Of a stretch of DNA of 64,000 nucleotides, positions 58,988 to 64,000 are shown one piece after another (positions within the stretch are counted from its first letter, which is position 1; every line of letters starts with the position of its first letter). Source of the DNA: a bacterium (GTDB lineage Bacteria > SAR324 > NAC60-12). A model generated the notes under the pieces. That model did no database searches. It had not been told where the DNA came from and saw nothing but the letters and a program-made list of their open reading frames with translations. Location of the stretch: the NCBI GenBank assembly GCA_965233585.1, contig CBDDTI010000745.1:416001-480000 (forward strand), read 5' to 3'. A program made the position numbers and the translations under genes.

Positions 58988-59866
58988 CTACTTTTTAGAT
59001 TTTTCAAGAAACTTTGCATCAAATTTTGGTTCAACCACACCTGCAACATCAAGTTTGATAGAAAAAATGCTCCCATTCATTGGATTGTCAAACCGCTCTT
59101 GCTGAGTCAATTTATGGCATGCAGTCGTCACATAAAGCGTCTTCAAGTCGGCTCCTCCAAAGGCAATCATGGTACAGTTTTTTGCAGGAATCACGATTTC
59201 ACGGTCTATCACTCCTTCAGGAGAGATGCGAACAATTTTGGAAGAACCAAAAAGTGCTGACCAATAGTATCCTTCAGCATCAACACATGCCCCATCAGGT
59301 TTTTCATTTTCAAACTGATAAAACACACGCCCACAAGAAAGCGATCGTCCATCATAGTCAAAGCAATAAATGGTACAATTCCGAGAGTCAGAATAGTAAA
59401 GAACTTTTTGGTCTAAGCTAAATGCTAATCCATTGCTTGTTGTCACATTGCCAGTTTGGTAAATGATTTTGCCTTCAGAAGACAGCTTGTAAAGATGTCC
59501 ATCTCCTGCATTAGAACTCATGCTACCAACCCAAAAATTACCTAAACTATCACAACGTCCGTCATTCAACCTGTTATTCGGTTTATCAGGTTCAGGATTA
59601 CCCAAAAAGACAAAATCTTCACTTGTGAAACTTTTGAGAAAATACAAACCACTTTGAAACGCAAGAATGAACCCTCCTTGTCTGCAAAGTGAAACACAAG
59701 CCACCACCTCTTCAAATTGACGCACCTGATGCCTTTGAGTCTCAGGACAAAAGCAATGAAGCTCACATTTGAGAATATCTACCCAATACAAAAGCTGATT
59801 GACCTCGTCCCATCTTGGACATTCTGCAAGCTCCGATTGCGTATCAATAACCACTTCCAAAGTCAT
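58988..59866 (-). CDS. SMP-30/gluconolactonase/LRE family protein
   Basis: ECPRWD, WVDI, RLNDGRCD, SNGLAFS, PDGACVDAEG and FGGADLKTLYVT. Confidence 0.93.
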   Translation of the reverse strand: MTLEVVIDTQSELAECPRWDEVNQLLYWVDILKCELHCFCPETQRHQVRQFEEVVACVSLCRQGGFILAFQSGLYFLKSFTSEDFVFLGNPEPDKPNNRLNDGRCDSLGNFWVGSMSSNAGDGHLYKLSSEGKIIYQTGNVTTSNGLAFSLDQKVLYYSDSRNCTIYCFDYDGRSLSCGRVFYQFENEKPDGACVDAEGYYWSALFGSSKIVRISPEGVIDREIVIPAKNCTMIAFGGADLKTLYVTTACHKLTQQERFDNPMNGSIFSIKLDVAGVVEPKFDAKFLEKSKK

Positions 59867-59973
59867 TTGACTCCATGCAAACCATGAAGATCTTGAATGT
59901 CCATTTCAATCATATCAAATGAAGAGAGACCCACTAGCGTTAGTCAAATGTATTGTGAAGGAGGGATTCAAAA

Positions 59974-61926
59974 CTATTTTTGGTCAAAACGATGTGCAAC
60001 AATCTTGTAAAGTTTTGCCTCAATGAAAATGTCCAGCAAATCTGAATCAATGTGAGAGTCCTTTGCTTCAAACTTCAAAATATCCAATGCTCTTTCTTCG
60101 GGAATTGCCTTTTTATAGGGGCGGTCCCACGCAGTCAGTGCATCATAAATGTCTGCAATGGTCATCATACAAGATTGTAGGGGGATTTGATCACCTTGCA
60201 ACTGACGAGGATACCCTGAACCATTCAGTTTTTCATGGTGTGCGTAAGCAATATTAGGAACGTCAATGAGGTTTTTTGACCAAGGAATCATGCGTAAAAA
60301 ATTATAGGTATGCGTCACATGACTTTCAATCTCTTCACGATCTTTTTGTGTCAATGTTCCTTTTGGAATAGAAAGAGACTCTACTTCATTTTCCAGCAGG
60401 TATGGCATAAATTTCTGACTCTCCACATATCCTAATTTTGCAATATGATGAAGTTGTTCAAACCCCTCTTTTGCTAAAACTGTTGGTTCATTGCATTGAA
60501 TAATTGCCTCCAAGTAAGAATCTAATTCAACAAGTTGGTTTTGAAGTTCTTTTTTTAAGGAATTGACTTGTATCATTGCTTTTTGACTAGCCCCCCCATT
60601 CATAAAACATCGTAGTTGTTGATGCACAGACTGAAGTTGTAAATGTTTGCGAATGAGTCCAAAACGATTCAATATAACCTCTAATTCATCAGGATAAAGT
60701 TTTTTTGCTTTCACTAATACGCTTTCTCGGACTCCAATTTTTCCAAAGTCATGTAGTAATGAAGCATACCTAATCGTATGAAGCTGGTCAGACGTAAACT
60801 TAACGTGGGCAAACTTTCCTGTCTGCTGACGTTGGACAGCCTCTGCAATGCCTAATGTGAGTGCAGCAACACGGCTAGAATGCCCAGATGTCGTTGGGTC
60901 TCTGGACTCAATTGCACGAACACTTGCATTGATAAAACCATCAAATAGTACTTGGATGGAGTCAACTAGTCTCTTGTTATGCAAGACCATTGCTGCCTGT
61001 GCCGCAACAGATTCTAAAATTGAAACCATATTACTTTCGTATGGAATCACTTTTTTTAAAACATCGTCAGGGTTACCTAATACCTCACGGTAGCTAGATT
61101 TACAGTTGATGAGTTGAATAACCCCAATGATTGGTCCCGATTGAACAAACATTGGAACAGTCACCATAGATTTCGTACGATAGTTGATCTGCCTGTCAAA
61201 ATCCTTACCACCCCAGTGGTATGTTTCTTCTTCTGGAATCTCATACACATCATCAATCACTAATGTTTGTTTTTCAAGAGCAACATATCCGTAAATAGAA
61301 CTTCTATCAATAGGAAGAACCGTTGAAGAAAAATTGATATTCCTTGAGTAATTTTTTGTAATTTCAAAACGAAACCGTTTGCCTTGAAAAAAATCTTCAT
61401 CCGATTCCAAAGCTCCGGGAGTCCTTTCAATTAAATACAAACTACCTGCATCAGCACAACCGATTTCCATCGCTCGATCAATGATTAGGTTCAACAACTG
61501 ATCCAATTCCGTAGTTTGCGCAAGAGCAACTCCAATTTCATTGAGCTTACCGATTGAAAATTTCTGGGTGTCTATACTTTTTTGCAAACTTTGAATTTGT
61601 GTATCCTTTTTCAAATCATCACAAGCCCGCAAAATAGCAGTTTTCCAAGCAATACTAGAAGCATTCCGAGGAATACACGTAAAAACAGAAGGATAATCTT
61701 GAGTGATTGGAGTGTCTTCTACCAAAATAAACCTTACATTCTGAGGCACAGATGACCATTGACAATAAGAATGTTCATAAGCGACAATGACATGAGCAGT
61801 GCTTTGGTCAGTTTTGAAAGGCTTACCATCATATCCATTGTGAACGCGACCTGTTTTCTTCAGTGATGAGAGACAAGAGTCCTCCAACGTTATCCCTTGA
61901 GGAATCCAAATTTCTGTAACAACCAT
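59974..61926 (-). CDS. GAF plus HD-GYP domain phosphodiesterase
   Basis: GAF (FDRQINYRTKSM..VPM, GVIQLIN); RDPTTSGHSSRV, LHDFGK, HHEKLNGSGYP and ADIYDALT..RPYK. Confidence 0.92.
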   Translation of the reverse strand: MVVTEIWIPQGITLEDSCLSSLKKTGRVHNGYDGKPFKTDQSTAHVIVAYEHSYCQWSSVPQNVRFILVEDTPITQDYPSVFTCIPRNASSIAWKTAILRACDDLKKDTQIQSLQKSIDTQKFSIGKLNEIGVALAQTTELDQLLNLIIDRAMEIGCADAGSLYLIERTPGALESDEDFFQGKRFRFEITKNYSRNINFSSTVLPIDRSSIYGYVALEKQTLVIDDVYEIPEEETYHWGGKDFDRQINYRTKSMVTVPMFVQSGPIIGVIQLINCKSSYREVLGNPDDVLKKVIPYESNMVSILESVAAQAAMVLHNKRLVDSIQVLFDGFINASVRAIESRDPTTSGHSSRVAALTLGIAEAVQRQQTGKFAHVKFTSDQLHTIRYASLLHDFGKIGVRESVLVKAKKLYPDELEVILNRFGLIRKHLQLQSVHQQLRCFMNGGASQKAMIQVNSLKKELQNQLVELDSYLEAIIQCNEPTVLAKEGFEQLHHIAKLGYVESQKFMPYLLENEVESLSIPKGTLTQKDREEIESHVTHTYNFLRMIPWSKNLIDVPNIAYAHHEKLNGSGYPRQLQGDQIPLQSCMMTIADIYDALTAWDRPYKKAIPEERALDILKFEAKDSHIDSDLLDIFIEAKLYKIVAHRFDQK

Positions 61927-62017
61927 TTACCCTCTTTTATAAAATTAAAAAAATCAAACTTTAACTTCAAATTGTAAGAAGTAAAACTACTAAAAAGATA
62001 CCTTAAACACAACATAA

Positions 62018-63667
62018 ATGAAAGAAGAATCAAAACATTTTATCCAACAAATCATTGAAGAAGACCTTGCGTTGGGTCGTACCAAACGGCTCATCACACG
62101 TTTCCCTCCTGAACCTAACGGCTTCCTGCACATTGGTCATGCTAAAGCAATCTGTCTCAATTTTGGACTAGCTCAAGAATACGGAGGAGATTGTTTTTTA
62201 CGTCTTGATGATACTAATCCTCAAAAAGCAGACAAAAATTATGCTGAATCTATCTGTGATGCGATTCGTTGGCTTGGCTTCCAATGGAAAGATGAAATTC
62301 GCTATACCTCTGATTATTTTGAACAGCTTTATGACTATGCCAAACAATTAATTGAACAAGGCAATGCGTATGTTTGTGAGTTAAGCACTGATACAGTTAG
62401 GGAGTATCGTGGAGACTTAAAAAATGCAGGACAAAACTCTCCTCATAGAGAACGTCCCATTCAGGAAAATCTGCGACTTTTTGAAGCCATGCGTGCAGGG
62501 GAATACCCTGAAGGAACGATGACATTACGTGCAAAAATTGACATGTCAGCTCCTAATATCAACTTACGCGACCCAACAATCTATCGTATTCGTCATCAAA
62601 CACATTATCGTACTCAAACCACTTGGAACATCTACCCGATGTACGACTTTGCTCACTGCTTGTCTGATGCGATTGAAGGCATTACACACTCTCTTTGCTC
62701 CTTAGAATTTGAAGACCATCGTCCTCTATACAACTGGTTTTTAGAAACACTAAACATTGCCAACCCTCCCAAACAAATTGAATTTTCACGTCTCAATTTA
62801 GAATATACGGTCACAAGCAAAAGACAGCTGACAACATTGGTGAATGCAAACCTAGTATCAGGTTGGGATGACCCTCGTTTGCCTACTCTTTTAGCTATGA
62901 AAAAGAGAGGATACCCGCCCCAAGCAATCAAGAATTTTTGCAAGTTAATCGGTATTTCCAAATCAGAGTTTCATGCTCCGATTGAAGTCCTAGAAAGTTG
63001 CATCAGAGATGAGCTAGATCAAAACTCTGCTCGTGCTATGGCTGTGTTAAATCCTTTAAAAATCATCATTACAAATTATCCTCAAAGCAGCGAAACACTA
63101 ACAGCCAGTAAATACCCCAAACAAGAAGAATTAGGCACTCGTTTGATTCCATTTTCAAGAGAAATTTACATTGAACAATCTGACTTCTCAGAGAACCCAC
63201 CACCAGGCTACAAACGACTTGCTCCTCAAGGAAAAGTGCGGTTGCGTTACGGATACGTCATAGAGTGTGAAGAAGTGATTTATTCAGAACAAGGAGAGGT
63301 GATAGAACTTCATTGTAAATACTACCCTGAATCTAAAGGGGGCAAAGCTCTAGCTAGCGGAGAAAAAGTGAAAGGCATTGTCCATTGGGTGAGTATTGCC
63401 CATGCCATTCCAGCACAAGTCAATATCTATGGTCACTTACTTCAATCTAAGGTCTTTGATAACAACCTTTCTGTAACAGACCAACTAAATGACAATTCAC
63501 TGACCATCTACCAAGCGTATCTTGAACCTTCTTTGCTTGAAGCCAATACCGAACAAACCTATCAATTTGAAAGACAAGGCTATTTTAAACTGACTTCAAA
63601 CCCATCAAACATGATTTTTGCCCAAGTCATTCAGCTAAAAACTTCTTGGCAAAAATCTCAAAAGTAA
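62018..63667 (+). CDS. glnS: Glutamine--tRNA ligase
   Basis: TRFPPEPNGFLHIGHAK, YPMYDFAH, CSLEF, GWDDPRLPT and QFERQGYF. Confidence 0.97.
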   Translation: MKEESKHFIQQIIEEDLALGRTKRLITRFPPEPNGFLHIGHAKAICLNFGLAQEYGGDCFLRLDDTNPQKADKNYAESICDAIRWLGFQWKDEIRYTSDYFEQLYDYAKQLIEQGNAYVCELSTDTVREYRGDLKNAGQNSPHRERPIQENLRLFEAMRAGEYPEGTMTLRAKIDMSAPNINLRDPTIYRIRHQTHYRTQTTWNIYPMYDFAHCLSDAIEGITHSLCSLEFEDHRPLYNWFLETLNIANPPKQIEFSRLNLEYTVTSKRQLTTLVNANLVSGWDDPRLPTLLAMKKRGYPPQAIKNFCKLIGISKSEFHAPIEVLESCIRDELDQNSARAMAVLNPLKIIITNYPQSSETLTASKYPKQEELGTRLIPFSREIYIEQSDFSENPPPGYKRLAPQGKVRLRYGYVIECEEVIYSEQGEVIELHCKYYPESKGGKALASGEKVKGIVHWVSIAHAIPAQVNIYGHLLQSKVFDNNLSVTDQLNDNSLTIYQAYLEPSLLEANTEQTYQFERQGYFKLTSNPSNMIFAQVIQLKTSWQKSQK

Positions 63668-63695
63668 AAATTTCATTCCCAACTTCGTTGATTCT

Positions 63696-64000
63696 ATGAT
63701 TCAGTTTGTTATCAAAAACTTCTGGAAGTTTCTTTTAGTTTTAGTTGCCTTTAACTTCCTTCACGTTTTAGTCACTAGTTCTGCAATTATCAGCGCTGTT
63801 CCTATCTTTGACTTAATCTTACACCCCGACCTTGAAGGAATCAGTGACGTGACTAATCAAGTCATTACCTATTTTAAAAAATGGGATATACCGATTAGCC
63901 TCACAACTTTTATGGTTGTTCTTGGAGGCTTAACCATTGTACGAAACATCTTCTCATTACTTATTCGGCGTTGTACCATTTCCTTGACTAATAAAGTCGG
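63696..64000 (+). CDS. Membrane protein, probably the N-terminus of an ABC exporter (runs off window)
   Basis: Open frame MIQFVIKNFWKFLLVLVAFNFL...AVPIFDLIL...GGLTIVRNIF to the window end, with two TM segments. Confidence 0.6.
   Translation, partial: MIQFVIKNFWKFLLVLVAFNFLHVLVTSSAIISAVPIFDLILHPDLEGISDVTNQVITYFKKWDIPISLTTFMVVLGGLTIVRNIFSLLIRRCTISLTNKV

Noticed and set aside
1157..62961. Numerous short antisense or out-of-frame ORFs in the supplied track
   Set aside because: They lie within well-supported genes and show no recognisable motifs; treated as shadow ORFs.

Overview
AT-rich bacterial chromosomal window, mostly housekeeping genes. Gene content and protein style suggest a Deltaproteobacteria/SAR324-like Gram-negative organism (inference only). 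Core genes in order: class A PBP (partial), serine hydrolase, rplU-rpmA-trpS-purB-trmB-miaA, nrdAB, glmS-cmk-TPR, dapF, serA, a CysN-like protein with a degraded GTPase site plus a large FG-GAP/VCBS protein, hpf, an AsmA/YhdP-like protein, pdxH, pyrD, argH, sigma54-driven flgBC-fliE, maf-mrdA-mreDCB-ubiX, rpoD, a ferredoxin/Grx4-rhodanese/A-type carrier/YggT/prc cluster, sdhCAB, bactofilin, coaE, SMP-30, GAF-HD-GYP, glnS and a partial ABC transporter. One accessory island (about 28.5-33.7 kb, after pdxH) stands out. Four clusters of about 21 GTCA-headed palindromic (REP-like) repeats separate (i) two mosaic copies of a 936-bp unit encoding a heptad-repeat plus PD-(D/E)XK-like protein and (ii) a two-gene cargo operon with its own promoter, resembling an antitoxin plus a catalytically divergent Fic/Doc-fold protein. 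An intact IS1-family element and gene remnants follow. No rRNA, tRNA or CRISPR array was recognised. All calls come from reading motifs by eye; no searches were run.
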